A stretch of DNA of 63,671 bases, counting the filler, from Basidioascus undulatus (lineage: Eukaryota), in assembly GCA_000826855.1 (NCBI GenBank). It is 17 parts of 17 records of this genome, joined end to end, with 100 filler letters (N's around TTAATTAATTAA, not from the genome) between each part and the next. Parts side by side here need not be neighbours in the genome. Positions count along the whole stretch, not along the records: positions 17,853 to 40,851 come from JTLS01000276.1; positions 40,952 to 43,396 come from JTLS01002759.1; 15 more parts are not named here. One strand, written 5' to 3'. The position numbers were made by a program, and so were the translations under genes. The notes beneath the pieces were generated by a model. It saw nothing but the letters and a program-made list of their open reading frames with translations. It had not been told where the DNA came from and made no database searches. Shown here piece by piece: positions 28,548 through 41,077 of this stretch. Position 1 is the stretch's first letter; each line of letters begins with the position of its first letter.

Positions 28548-29014
28548 AAGTCTTTCGGGGAGACTTCGGGTTGGTGGAAGCATTTATCGAGTTGGTGGAA
28601 AAATGGCCCAGGACGCGAAGATGAACATTGATAATTGCATAGGATCGTAACAACGAAAAAAGTTTCTGAGGCTAGCCACCTGGGGCGCCGTCCGCCACCG
28701 TCCGATTCGAAAGCGGGTAGTGCATCGTTGGTTTTGCGCATCCTCATGTCAAATATGGCTCATTGGAAAGTTTCTGCTTCTGCCACATTGCAAAGGATGG
28801 AGAGCACTTGAGCCCTAGTGAAGCTGCTTTGCGCGTGCGCCATGGGCCTGACTGTCAAATTTTTGTTTGTGGTGTCCGCCCTACGAGTATTGTGTACATC
28901 CACTCAGAAGTTTGAAAGCATTCAGCCTCTCACTCTTTGGTGCCAAAGCTGTGTAAGCATCGCAGTGCCAGTGAACCGGATATGTAGCCCAAGGTAAGGA
29001 CACGATCAAGTTTG

Positions 29015-31591
29015 CTAGTGGCCCGCCATGACGCCGGTGGAGACGTAACGCCAGTACAGATCCTTCGGCGCTAGCTTTTACCGTATCGGATGACAGGAAT
29101 CACGGTCGCCGAGCACACGCGGCCAATGAAGGCTGCGGTGATGAAGGTGTTTTGGTAACCCCTGAAGTTTACAAAGTCAGACCGGGACTGCACTCGGCTA
29201 TGCAGGCTGTTACTCAAGCCCTTACCATGTGGGTGATCTACGGCGTGATGCTGTAGCCGATAGCGAAGCTCATCGTGTTCTGAACATTGAAAGGTCCGTC
29301 AGAAATCAGCCTCATGAACTTCACTGAAAATAAAGTTCTCAAAGGACTCACCCTCACAAGAATGACAGAACTGATGGCCTCGCCACTGAGAGCATGGTAC
29401 AAGTCGACGCAGTAGTTGCACGCGAAATTGCCGCCGTTCGCGCACGTATAGCCCAGGATAGCCATGCCGACCATGAGGCATCCCCAGGATACGTGGTAGG
29501 CAGCACCGACACCCCATATTATCAGCGCCGCTGGGATAAACACGATGTTCACCAGAAAAAGCCAGATTCTCTGCTCCGGCTCTCGAATGCCGAAATTGCG
29601 TCGCGCTACCACAGGCAGAGCTTGTCGCTCAAGTAGCCGTTGTAGATCGTTCTGTTTGAGGAGCTCTGTCAGAACCAGAGACAAACTCACCAATTCCTTA
29701 GCACGCACCCAATGAAAGTACCGATCAATGGGAAAATACGCCAGGCCGATCGTGCAATGAATCATGGTCAGTGTCTTCCTCGGGTCACATACACAAGCGG
29801 TTGTGAATCAATCGAGCTGGCGAAGCCGTAGCCGGAATAAAGGATGAGGGATGCTGTCGCATTGAGGATGTTGAAGAAGACGAGATTCGAGCTGGACGCC
29901 CCGGAGGTGAGTGGCTACGAGGGACCGCTGTACGGTGTACTGTAGTCAACGTACCCGTATGCGAAGCCGGACCAGAAGACGACAGGGAAGCGCAGAAATA
30001 GAAGATGCCTGTACATCATGCGGAAGGACGTGCTGCAGTCCGTGTAGGTCTGGTTGAAAACAGGTAGCTTTTGGAGGAACGTCTTCTCGGTGCTGACCAG
30101 ATGCGCCGGTCAAACATCGACAGTGTTGTCGTCCACGTCCGACGATGTGGCTCCAGCGGGTGCGCGTGCGCGGAGGTAGGTTGTCTCTCCGAAGAACAAG
30201 GCCAGAGAATTAACCCAATAGCGTTGTATATCGCGCACCAATACTACCTCAGACGATTGAGCACGTGCCGTTCAAGGGGGGCCGAAGGCGCAAGATGCTC
30301 ACCAGGACCCATTTCCAGCCCTGCCCGTTGTTGATGAAGCCTGCAGCGGAAAACGTCAAGCTGCCTGGTCTCCGCACCCCGTATCACTTATCAAAAACGC
30401 ACCTGAGATGATGGGCGCGAAGAAGGTGGATCTGCGCAATGGAATTAGAAGGCTGCGTTTGGGTGTCTTCGGGTAAACAAGGAAAACAGACTCACCCAGC
30501 AAGGAAGAAAGTATATAAGCGCATGTGCCGTCCTCGCTCATGTGCGGAATAGAGATAGGTAAACTGGGCCAGACAGATTGTCAGGTCAGGCGAACGGGTT
30601 AACACTACAAAACCGGAGAGCAGGCAAAACCGGAGAGCAGAAAAGGTCGTATGGTTATCTCAGCGAGAGTCTCGACCGGAGCCCCGAAAAATCCTGCAGA
30701 AGCACGGTGTTCAGTAAACTGAAACAGAATGAATGAAAACCCTATTTCTCACCTTGAAGAATCGTGTTCGCGTGCCTATGTGCAAAACGTCAGCATCGTG
30801 GCTCGCCCCCGCACAGGTGCACAGTCACTCGACGAACCATTGGCCTTCTTCAGTCTTCGCATAAGGTGCCCAGATACAAACAGCCTGAGCCAGACCAAAC
30901 GCCAATTAATTTAACTGCACCACAATTTTACCCGAAAATGCCCTTAGACTTACAATTGTGCAATCAATGAGAGAAGGTACACGCCCTGCTTGCCGTACGC
31001 GAGTGCCAGTGGCTGCCAGAAAAGGCATCCCCACCGGTAGCTATGTCCGAAGGAGCTCGAATAAGGGCATAGAGTTCAAGAAAAGCTTACTGATAGGCTT
31101 ACAGCAGGAACATATATCCGGTGCCAGACTTGAGCGTACCCAGCGTTCGGCCGGAAGCTTGCGAAAGCGGCTGCAGAACAGAATACTGTGCCCTGAAGTG
31201 CGCCGAGTTAGCCAGCATGTTGTAATAAGTGGAAGTCTTCCAATATGGGAAGGGTTCCGTACGATATAAACGCAGGGGATGCCAACCGCAGTTAGGTAAC
31301 TGGGGGAGAGCGAGATGAAGTGTCAGCCCAGCTGCTGCAGATAGCCATCGGCACTCACAAGAATAGACAGGAGACAGCGAACGTCTTACCCCAGCGACTC
31401 CAGTTGAGTGGGTCGTTGAAGTCTTGGGAAGTCGTCGGAATGAGAACAATGCTGCTACTGCCAGCTGCATATGCTGCATTCGTGTCCCCATCGAGGTCGA
31501 CCAAGCGGACAGTGCCCGGCACGTCGCTACCAGGCGCGACGAATGTCTGCATTGGTGCTGATTGAACTCTGGGAGTTTTATATATATTCAT
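29015..31591 (-). pseudogene. HOL1-like MFS transporter pseudogene
   Basis: Family motifs VPGTVRLVD, DFNDPLNWS, GQGWKW and GIREPEQRIWL. Lesions: TAG at 29240-29238 (ITP*IT) and 29073-29071 (YGKS*RR), and frameshifts near 31025 (WGCL/FWQP) and 30200. Confidence 0.8.
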
Positions 31592-32234
31592 GAGCAGAAG
31601 CGCAAAACAGTGGAGGAAGGAGGACGATGAGGCATCCGAAAACCTGGGGACCGAGGAGGGAACAGGCCTTTTAAGGTCTGCCGCCTCTTCTGCTTATCCG
31701 CCCAAGCAATCCGCCTTGAGTTCTTTCTGCTTATCGGATTGACCCAACAATCATGTTAGATTATCATGTGCAGATACTTGAGGTTGTTGAGGTTCAGCGT
31801 TACACCAAGTTCAACAGTTCTGTCCGCTGAGCGAGGTTCGAGATCGACGTTGACAGACCAACCCGCCAGCAGCCGCACATGCCTTTATGCGCTTTTACCC
31901 GCAGCAGCCACCCTGATCCGCGGGAAGCAACGTCCGGGAATGGCAAGGTGTTATAGAGTCAACTTTGTTACAGTACCATTGTTGTATGTGGAGAGTGAAC
32001 TGCTGATACTGGACTCATAATATCTACTGCAGCACCGGCAGCACAACACCCGCCATGTGACGATCACCGACTTGGAGTTCTCCGACAACTGGTTCGGCGT
32101 GCCGAGCAAACTTGGTTGATACGCCATCCGTGCTGAGGCTCTGGTGTACAAAACACGGACACACACCAACACACACAGCCCATCGACTATACACACACAC
32201 GCACACTCCGTCTCCCCTCGAACCCTCTGGCAAA

Positions 32235-34878
32235 ATGGCCGTCTATATCAATGGCCGTTGTACACTGTCAACGAGGATCAACCTTTCACTGAGGTGGGTC
32301 TAGCGAATAATATGCTAAAGGGTCATGCGTTAACACAATGAGCAATGCAACGCGCAGGCCTTCGCTGTCCGAGACGGCAGGTTAACGCTGTAATTGGACC
32401 CAACTCGGAGGTGCTCGCTGCAGCCGGGGATAATGTGGATGTTGTGGATTTGGGCGGTCGCTTCGTAATGCCCGGAAGCACGATGCTCATACTCACTTGC
32501 TCGTGAGCATATTTCCTACTCCTTGGTCAGATGGAGCACTGATCAAGCTTGCATCCTCCTTGGGCAGGCCGCTTCAGTGCAGTACGTCGAGACTTTCGGT
32601 AGTGCTCGAAAAATGTCGTCCCTTGTACCTGAATTCCTTTTCTGCACTTTCAGGAATTGTTTGAATGCAACTTCCGCACCAGCCACGGGCGAAGAGATTA
32701 ATCAATGGTGACTTGCCTACGTCGCGCTCTCCTTGGCTTCAGATGCCAATTGACCGCACTCTTTTCCACAGCGCTAAAGGCTCACCATTAAGACAGCCAT
32801 GGCGACCATCCTGGCGGGGGATGTGGACATGAAAGCTTGCTTTCGGAGTGGCTCATCGGCAACGTGCGTGAATGTCTTCCATTTCGTCGGCATGACTAAC
32901 GGTTGCATGCTTTCCAATGCTTCGTTATAGTATTACCAGGTAAGTCAGCATACATTTTGGATGAAGGTCATATAAACGTTGCTAACAATGACTCGGCCTT
33001 GATTTCAGAGCGAGCTTTTCCCGGACGGTGAGTGGAGTTCTGTGGTCACGAATCAACAACATATTGACTTCGCGCGACTCGAGGTTTCCCTTCCGGACTG
33101 CAGGGAAGCCCGCCCCGACACTCCGGTCATCATCCCTTCGTCCAGCTGCCATGACATCTTCGTAAACTCGGCTGCTTTGAAGGTACGCAGATGCAGCAGA
33201 CCGAGAGGCACCGTACTGGTAGTAAGAGCACCGTGAAGTCTCATTCTGGTAGCTTATCACTGCAGGCCGCCAATATCGATGATTCGGTGGTGGACATGCA
33301 CGGCGGCGTGCACACTCGTCGGCGCGGATCGACCTCCTCCCTGACGGGCGAGCTCATCGAGCAGGCGAGCGTGCCGTGCTGGCTTGCTCTGCCCAAACGG
33401 ACACCCGCGGAATATCGCCAGACACTAAGTACGTGGGTTAAAAAAGGGCCCATGTCCACTCAAATATTCTCACCATGGCCGCCTTCCCTATTTTCAGAGT
33501 ACGGCGTCGAGTTGGCGAACCGCTTCGGATTTGTGAGCGTCCAAGAAGCCGTAAGTGGCTACGGGGATCGACGAAAGAAACTTCCCTGATAAGTTTCTCC
33601 AACCGAAATCTTCAGCTGATGAGAACTTGGAACTTCGCGACAGTCTGCCAACAGCGTCTTCCTGGTCGGTAGGACCTCGAGAAGAGCGGCGAGATGAGCC
33701 TCAACATCGCGGCCCACATCGTGCATTTCCCCGTTGGGTTTGCCCAAGAAGCCCCTCGCGAGCTTGCTGAACCTCGTTAGCCGATCTTGTTTCGATCCCT
33801 GTTCTGCGCCAGACCTCTACCGCAACTCAACATCGGCTCTTACCTTACTGCCTTTGCGATGTCTATTACTTCAGCCTGGGAGACCCCGCACGTCCACACC
33901 CGCTTCGTCAAGTTCTGGCTGGATGGCACGCCATGGGGTCTACACAAGACGCACTGCAACCTCACCACGGACGGGAAGCCTGACCCGACCAAGCTCCTGC
34001 TCGACCCGGACACGTTCGCTGCTGCAATCGAGCGCTTCGATGCGGAGGGCCGGACGTGCAAGATCCATGTTGCTGGCTCTGGCTCGGCGCTGTTCGCTCT
34101 CGACACGTTCGAGGAGGTTTCGAAAAAGAGTGCGTGGTCGGGTTTTCCTGCTCAGTCTAGACGTCTAAACTCCCTCCCGCCTATGGCAGACCCTAGTGGC
34201 CCTGTCCACGAACTGGCGCACTGCAGCTTCCTCGACAAGGGAAAGTCCTATCTTCTTCAAGGCCACCATTTTCTGCTGAACTGCCCACCGATTTCCATCA
34301 GAGGACATCGCGCGCTTTGAAGCGCTGCGCGTGACTGCAGAGTTCAGCCCGGCCGTCTGGCACGAGCTGCCATAAGTATCATTCCCTTTGAATCGAATCA
34401 GACGCCAACTAGGTTACCCAATATACTCAATTCAATTCATCTTCAGGTATATGCAAGTTCCCGACCAAGAGTGGCGCTTCGAGTGTTCAACAACGCCGGC
34501 TCGACGATCACGATCGGCTCAGACTGGCTCCTGCCCGAGACCTGGTGCATCCGCTCCAATTCTGAAACAAGCATTCCCCGCATCCCAATTAACACAGGCA
34601 TCTTCATCCAGCAACCTCTTCCCCGCGCTGCACGGCCTCGTTCACCGCGACCCACCGCACTGTACTCGCTCACCCTGGGCGGCGCGAGGCAGATCGGGCT
34701 GGGCGACCGTGTGGGGAGCATTGAGATTGGGAAAGACGCGAGCTTTGTCCTCCTCGACCGAGACCTCACGGAGAAGGGATGCAACATCGCCGGCACCAAG
34801 GTCCTGCAGACCTTCTTCGAGGGCAAGGAGATTATAACCGCGCCTCGGATCCCTTGGCTGCGAAGTTCGACTAGATAG
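32235..34878 (+). pseudogene. Amidohydrolase-3 (YtcJ-like) metal-dependent hydrolase pseudogene
   Basis: Motifs MAVYINGR/YTVN, AFAVRDGR, DLGGRFVMPG/HDAHTH, VKFWLDG, KIHVAG, HELAH, IGSDW and GSIEIGKDASFVLLDRD. Frameshifts near 32259, 32382 and 32477. Confidence 0.8.
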
Positions 34879-36056
34879 AGGGGGATGTAGATATTTCAGG
34901 GGGAGTTTCTGGGTTGGAGGCGCATTGATATCGACAGCACGAAGCGTGGATCTGCTTGAATTGCCTTGATTGTCTGCGCCGAAAAACGCTGCGTGGACTG
35001 TCTTCAATTCTCTCATCGCCATCCGAGCAAACTTTCACACATTTTCCGAGCCCGGAGCGAAACGCTTTTTACAACATTTCCGATATTGGCAAATGTACCA
35101 AGCGACGATAAAGTCTTATCTTGAGAAAGAGAAGGTCTTGCTGCAGGTTGAAGCTGTCGGAAGTCCTTTGATCAGCTCATTAGAGAAATCCCACAGTCTT
35201 GTGTTTTTCTGAGCGTCAAACTTTGTGGGTGGGCGCACGTCAACCGCACGGTCGACTGAAGTCTTCGTAGCCAAAGCCTCTTGCAGTCGGGCATGGTTGC
35301 CGGTCCAATGGGCAGGAAAGTCTTTCTCATTAGAATTATCTGAAGAAGAACAGTCAATGTCGACAAGAGTAGCGCAATGAGAGGTCAATCTGATGAGGAA
35401 GGAAGGAGAAGGACGTTGTTCCATGGAGACCGGCTGCCCCTTCGCATCTGTTCCAATTAGTGGGCGCCCACTGCAAGCCGGCCGGCCCGGCCCGGCACCT
35501 TTGAAAGATCAAGTAGATTTACTTGTGTAGGATGGCCTTGAAAAAATTAAGCGCAAGGGCAGTTTGTTGCTGTCTCGAGGATGCCGATCGCGAAAACGTC
35601 GGGCCGGCCAGTCGACGGCCGGCAAGGGCGGTCTTCGTTTGCTTCCTGCTGCCATCTGCTTCCGTTCTTGTCCATCACTCTCACGCACATCGACTTTGCT
35701 CCAGCAGCGGTTCGCGCTTCTTGCGTTGACAATCCAGAAGAATAGAAAGAGTCTCGTGTACGTCGGAGGAGATGGACATTCTCCCTGCCGTCTGGATCGA
35801 AAAACATGCTGAGCTACCCTCGGCCTGCCTTTAGCTCTGAACCGGGGACGGTAAAGCAGCTGCGCTCTCTCAGCGCCGTGTCTTCCAAAGGTGAGATTGC
35901 TTTCTTTGTTCGGTTAGGGCAAACAAAGTGCGCCGGGACTTCTCCTGAGCATGTGTCAAGTTTGATGAGCGCGTCGTGGATCCCTTGCTCACTGGGATCC
36001 CCACAGATCCATCTCCAGCGGAAACTTCCCACTCTTCCCCCGAACACCCTCTTCCG

Positions 36057-38105
36057 ATGGACCAACGTGTCCATTTCATCACCCCGCCGAGCTCGTGGAC
36101 GCCCAAGCCATCCGCATCGCCGAGCTATGGCCCTCTCGAGCCCGAGCCGCTCTCCTACCCGGCCGGCGACGATGGCCTCGGCCTGGCACTCGACGGTCGC
36201 GGGCCCGGCTCTGCACCCCAGCGAGAAGCCGGGTGGAGCCGGAACCTCTTTACTCTTGCTGTTGCATCGGCTGAGGCGCTGGAGGGTGATGGAGGTTGGA
36301 CGGCGAGGGCGAGGGGCGGCGACGGTGAGTCCGCCGCTTTTTTCCTTCGCCCCGGGAATCTGTGCCATGGGACGTAGGAGTGTGCGGGATGCTGAACTCG
36401 TGAGTTGGAAAAACGTAGACGGCGGCTTTGCGTACCCCTTCATCCACATCGAACCGCCTCTTGACCCCGTCGAGTCAAACGAGCGCTGGGGCACCGGCGC
36501 CGAAGTGCACGCGCCAGATGCGTCGAGCTCCTTCGGATGGCCCTCAGGCAGGTCAGCGCGGAGTTCGAGCAGCCCGGCTCGCGCGTCTCCGGGAAGCCTG
36601 GTAAACGCCATTTCGGAGCCGTCCACGCCTTCCTCGATGCAGGCGTCACAAATGCCCTCGCCCGACCCATCCACCACCAACACCACCTCCAACTCCAACA
36701 CCACCCCGTTCCTCGTCATGCCCGTCACGATTGCGCCGCCTCCCTCCGCGCCCACCTTACCTTCGTATCCGCACGCGTCCCAGAACATCTACACTCGGAG
36801 CATCGCCGAACCTTCTCCTCAGGCGCCGCAGGACGTGCCCATCGACCCGATGCTGAGCGCGTACGGACGCAGCAGGGGCGGCTCAGCGAACTCCTCAAAA
36901 CCGCTTCCGCCCCAGCATCAGCCCTCGAACCCCGCGTCGTCGGTGTATGCTCCCCCGCCGCCGGCCTTCTCCGATGAGCCCGATCCCCGCTACACGCAGT
37001 ACAGCGAATGGCCCGGCTCCTCCCAGCCTGCCTCATCCTCGTCCACTGCCAACACTTCCACGCAACACGCCTCGCGGACACCCCTCTTCCCCGAGGCGTC
37101 CGATATTTCGCAAGACCTCTCCTATTCCACAAACAGCGCCCCCCTGCGCTTCGCCCGCTTTACCGAGCAGCCCGACCGACAACTCCCCCCGCTCGCGACG
37201 GGCGAAACGCCCCCCGGGCGAACGCCCGCCTCGCCGACTGAAGCGTCGGGTCAGGCGGGCACGTCCACGGCGGCAGCGGCGGCAGCGGCGGCAGCTGCGG
37301 CGACGGCGTACGCCCGCACGGTCGGACACGGCATCTTCTCGTTTGCCCCGCTGTCAAATCAACGTCGGGGCGGCGGAGGGGCGGAGGGGGATTCGCCGGA
37401 GGAGCACAAGGTGCCGCTGCCGGACCTGCAAGATTGGGGGACAAGGTGCGTCTGACAGCCTCTTTTCGCTTTGCTGTACAGCTGTCCCGCATGACTGACT
37501 CGATTCGATATGATTTGCATACTGCAGTTCTGGGTTCCCTTCACCCGCGCAAGAACCCTCCGCCCCGGCTCCTCCAGCGCCGACCGCGCGTCAGTCCGCG
37601 AAGCGTCCACGCTCCCCTCCGCCCGGGCCTTCCGAGCCGCTACCCCCGGACGATGGTGGGTCGAACGGGCACGTCCCCGTCGCGCAAAACTCCCCCTCGA
37701 CCTCCGCCGCCGCCGATGACACGGGCTCTGACGGGGGGCAGGCCAAGGCGCCCAAGCGGCAGCCGATCGCCTGCTTCCACTGCCGTCGCCGCCGCCTCAA
37801 GTGCGACGGCATGCAGCCGTGCGAGCCGTGCGCGCGCCGCGGGCTCGTTAACACGTGCGACTTTGCGCCGAACGTGCGGAGGCGCGGGCCAGGGAAGAAG
37901 AAGCTCGCCCAGCTTGCGGCTGCCGGGGACGTCCAGGCTGCTGAGGCGCTCGGGATCGAGCCGGGGAAGCTGATCGAGGTCGTGCCGAAGAAGAGGAGGA
38001 AAACGGCCAAGAACACTGGTGAGTGGGTTCAGATGCATCGTTGGGCACAGGCTGAAGCTTAATAACTCCGCTTTGTATAACTCCGCTTTGTCGAACGCAG
38101 CGTGA
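36057..38105 (+). CDS. Zn(II)2Cys6 transcription factor with C-terminal zinc cluster (start uncertain, may lie upstream)
   Basis: IACFHCRRRRLKCDGMQPCEPCARRGLVNTCDFAPNVRRRGPGK from ~37766, preceded by long S/P-rich disordered exons. Confidence 0.85.
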
Positions 38106-39128
38106 CGGTGCACCGTACCCCACTCGCGCGCCCTCTTCCTACCCGTCCTTCTCCTCGTCCTGCACGATTTCTTATTAGTGAACATATTCAAGCATCTTGC
38201 ATCACGCATTCTTCTCTTCTTCGCCTTTCGCACACGCACAAAGGACAAGCGATTTGTGTCCAAAATTTATGGCTTCAAGCTTTCCGTTCTCGCGCCCTTC
38301 CTCCCCCCTCTTTCCACTTGTCCTTTCGTCTCATTACCTCCCCCGCGCCCATGTACGGCGTTCTCCATCCGTCGGACCTCTCGCGTTCCTCTCCATTCAT
38401 AGCCGTCCCGCCCCCTCCCGCCCGCATCTCACATAGCTCGCGCACCTGTTGCCTGTAACAACGCGCACGATACCACGAGCTAACATGTAAGGCTTAAGTC
38501 AACTTGAGCATGTAATTGATCTGCATACACGCTTCACGAAATGTTGGATGAATTGAGTTTTACGAAGCTGTCAGCCTGCGGAAAGCACCTTCATGCTGTG
38601 CCTTGGTAAGCGCTGGCACATTTATCACTTAGTTCACTTCTTTTCAATCGTCATTATGGACACGCTTGGCAAGCCTATATGGCGGGCGGAGCGAAGCTTG
38701 CGCTTTCGAGTGACAGTCGGCTGCGCCGCGACGGCACTGCTCCCCCTGCCAGGAGCCCTCGCAGACCTCCCTCTGATAAACGGCAGGTAAGGAGTTTCTG
38801 ATGTTTATGTTTATATCGTCCGCTGCATCAAAAGGCTGATTGTGCAGAAAAACGGACCGAAATGGCAAAAATCGGTTCCCACGCCTCGGCATCCCAGCCT
38901 TTCCTTTCCTTTCCCCTTCGTCTCATCCGGATGCGATCCTCCCCCTCCCTTCGCCTCCTTCCCGAAACCAGACACAGCTGCGCCCCCAGCCGCCCCGTCC
39001 TCAGCTCGGCGCAGCAGATCACATAAATGCGAGGGCGGCTTGGGCAGAGCGCCTCTGTGTGTTCCCTCCATCTATTTCGTCTTTCGAAAACACCTCTTAC
39101 GACTCATATCTCAGAGCTTTTAACCGAG

Positions 39129-40038
39129 ATGCATCGAATCATAAGCTTCCCGATGCTCCTACTCCTCGCGCTCACGATGCTGCTCTTCGTGCCGCAGGTG
39201 TTCGCACAGCGCCCGGCTCCAGCGGGCGGCGCCGGCGATGATGGCGTAAATGACGCTGCGGGTGGGAATGGGGATGGAGATGCGGATGCGGGAGATGAAA
39301 GTGTGGCTCCTGGGGGTGCGGCAGGAGGAGACGCCGGCCCTTCAACGGTCCCCTTCCCGAGCGACCTGTTTAATATCGACCAGTTCTTCGTGCGTTGTTC
39401 TCCCATCTCCTCGCATTATTCCCCCCAATCCGATCAGCTTATAAGGATTGGCTTGACGAAACTCACAGCCCAACATCCCCGACGACTTCGCCGACTCCCT
39501 TACAGTCCCGACCTCGGGTCTCCCGACTCCGACCGCAACCGCACGCGCCTCGATCCCGCGCGGCGAAACACCCACGGCGCTGAACGACGACGAGGAGCCC
39601 ACCCCTTCTGCTCGCGCCACGACGACCATGCGCGCGCCGACGGCGACGCGGACGCGTGCGCAGCCCGCGCCGACGGCGACGCGGACGCGTGCGCAGCCCA
39701 CGCCTACGAACGGGGATGAGGACGCCCAAGGCCCGGAGGAGACCACCGCCGCCGACCCGGACAGCGCTGGGCAGCAGGATAGCACCACCGCCGCGGCCGC
39801 TGCGGGGACCGGGACCGGGACCCGGACCGGGACGGCAATTGGGCGGAACTCGACGACGGTCGCCCCGACGTCGACGACTGTGGAAGTCAGCACTACGAGT
39901 CTCAGCACGACGACGCCCAGTAGCAGCGCGGCGCCGAGCGCGAGCAGGTCGCTTAGCAGCGGTGCGGCCCCGCAGGTTGCCGGGTGGGAGATGGGCTTGG
40001 CAGTTGCTGTTGTGGTTGGATTCGGGCTGGCGTGGTGA
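39129..40038 (+). CDS. Ser/Thr-rich, probably GPI-anchored cell-surface protein
   Basis: Signal peptide (...VPQVFA-Q), one intron, a T/S-rich stalk with APTATRTRAQ repeats and C-terminal SSGA...LAVAVVVGFGLAW*. Confidence 0.8.
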
Positions 40039-40417
40039 TGCGGATGCTGAGGCTTTGGGGGCTGAAGATTGAAGACGAAAGATGAGGAGAGAGAAGAAGA
40101 CGTGAACACGCTAATTTGTGGAATTGTTTCTGTTATGCTATGCTATAATGAACGAAGACCCTGAAGTCCACACATACACACATCTGTACTCTCTGAGGTT
40201 TTGTGCGCGGCGTTACCGGACCGCAGGGACAAGGATAATCGCAATCTGCGTCGGGTTGGGCCGCCCTTCCGCTCTTCAACAGGATACAGAGCAGTGACAA
40301 TTTTCGCACACCGAGCAGCGAAAGAAACGCAGATACAGCATGACCATTCGTATTGGGCACCCCAAGTTTCCCAGCTTCCGACGTCCTTCCAAGCTGTTCC
40401 CCTCGGCCCCGTCCCTA

Positions 40418-40780
40418 TCACCGCGACACACTCGTCCTCCTCCTCGCCTGGCCGTGCTTCACGCCCGAACTGGAAGCCTGCACGACCTCCTCCTCTGCTT
40501 GCACAGTCGTCTCCTTCGCGGGCCCTTGCTCCTCTTGGCCCTCCTCATCGTGTTCACTGCTGCTCGCCTCCTCCCCCTCAGTGACCGCCGCGCTCGTCGT
40601 CTCCCCCGGCGTCCCCTCCTCCCGCATGCGCGGCCCCTCCTGCATGCCTACCCGCGCAGCGACGTCCTCTTCGCGCTCGCGCTCGCTCCACCAGCTGCCC
40701 GCCTGGAAGAGGAGGACGCCCGTGAGCGCGACGGCGCAGATGAGGTGCGCGGCCGCGAGATCCCGGATCGCGGTCACGAG
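40418..40780 (-). CDS. Last exon of an unidentified membrane protein
   Basis: Hydrophobic helix HLICAVALTGVLLFQA followed by an acidic tail, downstream of a CAG acceptor. Confidence 0.45.
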   Translation of the reverse strand, partial: LVTAIRDLAAAHLICAVALTGVLLFQAGSWWSEREREEDVAARVGMQEGPRMREEGTPGETTSAAVTEGEEASSSEHDEEGQEEQGPAKETTVQAEEEVVQASSSGVKHGQARRRTSVSR

Positions 40781-41077
40781 CTGGGGCGGGATGGAGGGGA
40801 GGAGGGCGTCGGGTGTGGGTGGGGTGGGGGGCGGGTGCGGGGGCAGAGGCGNNNNNNNNNNNNNNNNNNNNNNNNNNNNNNNNNNNNNNNNNNNNTTAAT
40901 TAATTAANNNNNNNNNNNNNNNNNNNNNNNNNNNNNNNNNNNNNNNNNNNNCATGTTCTCTTCTCTCTCTCTACGTCTCCTACCACCTCCCATTTCCTCT
41001 CCCCCTTCCTCCTCTCCCCCGCTCCCTCTCCCTTTCCTCTCACACCTTGCCTCACGGCGCCCACCCCCACATCGCAG

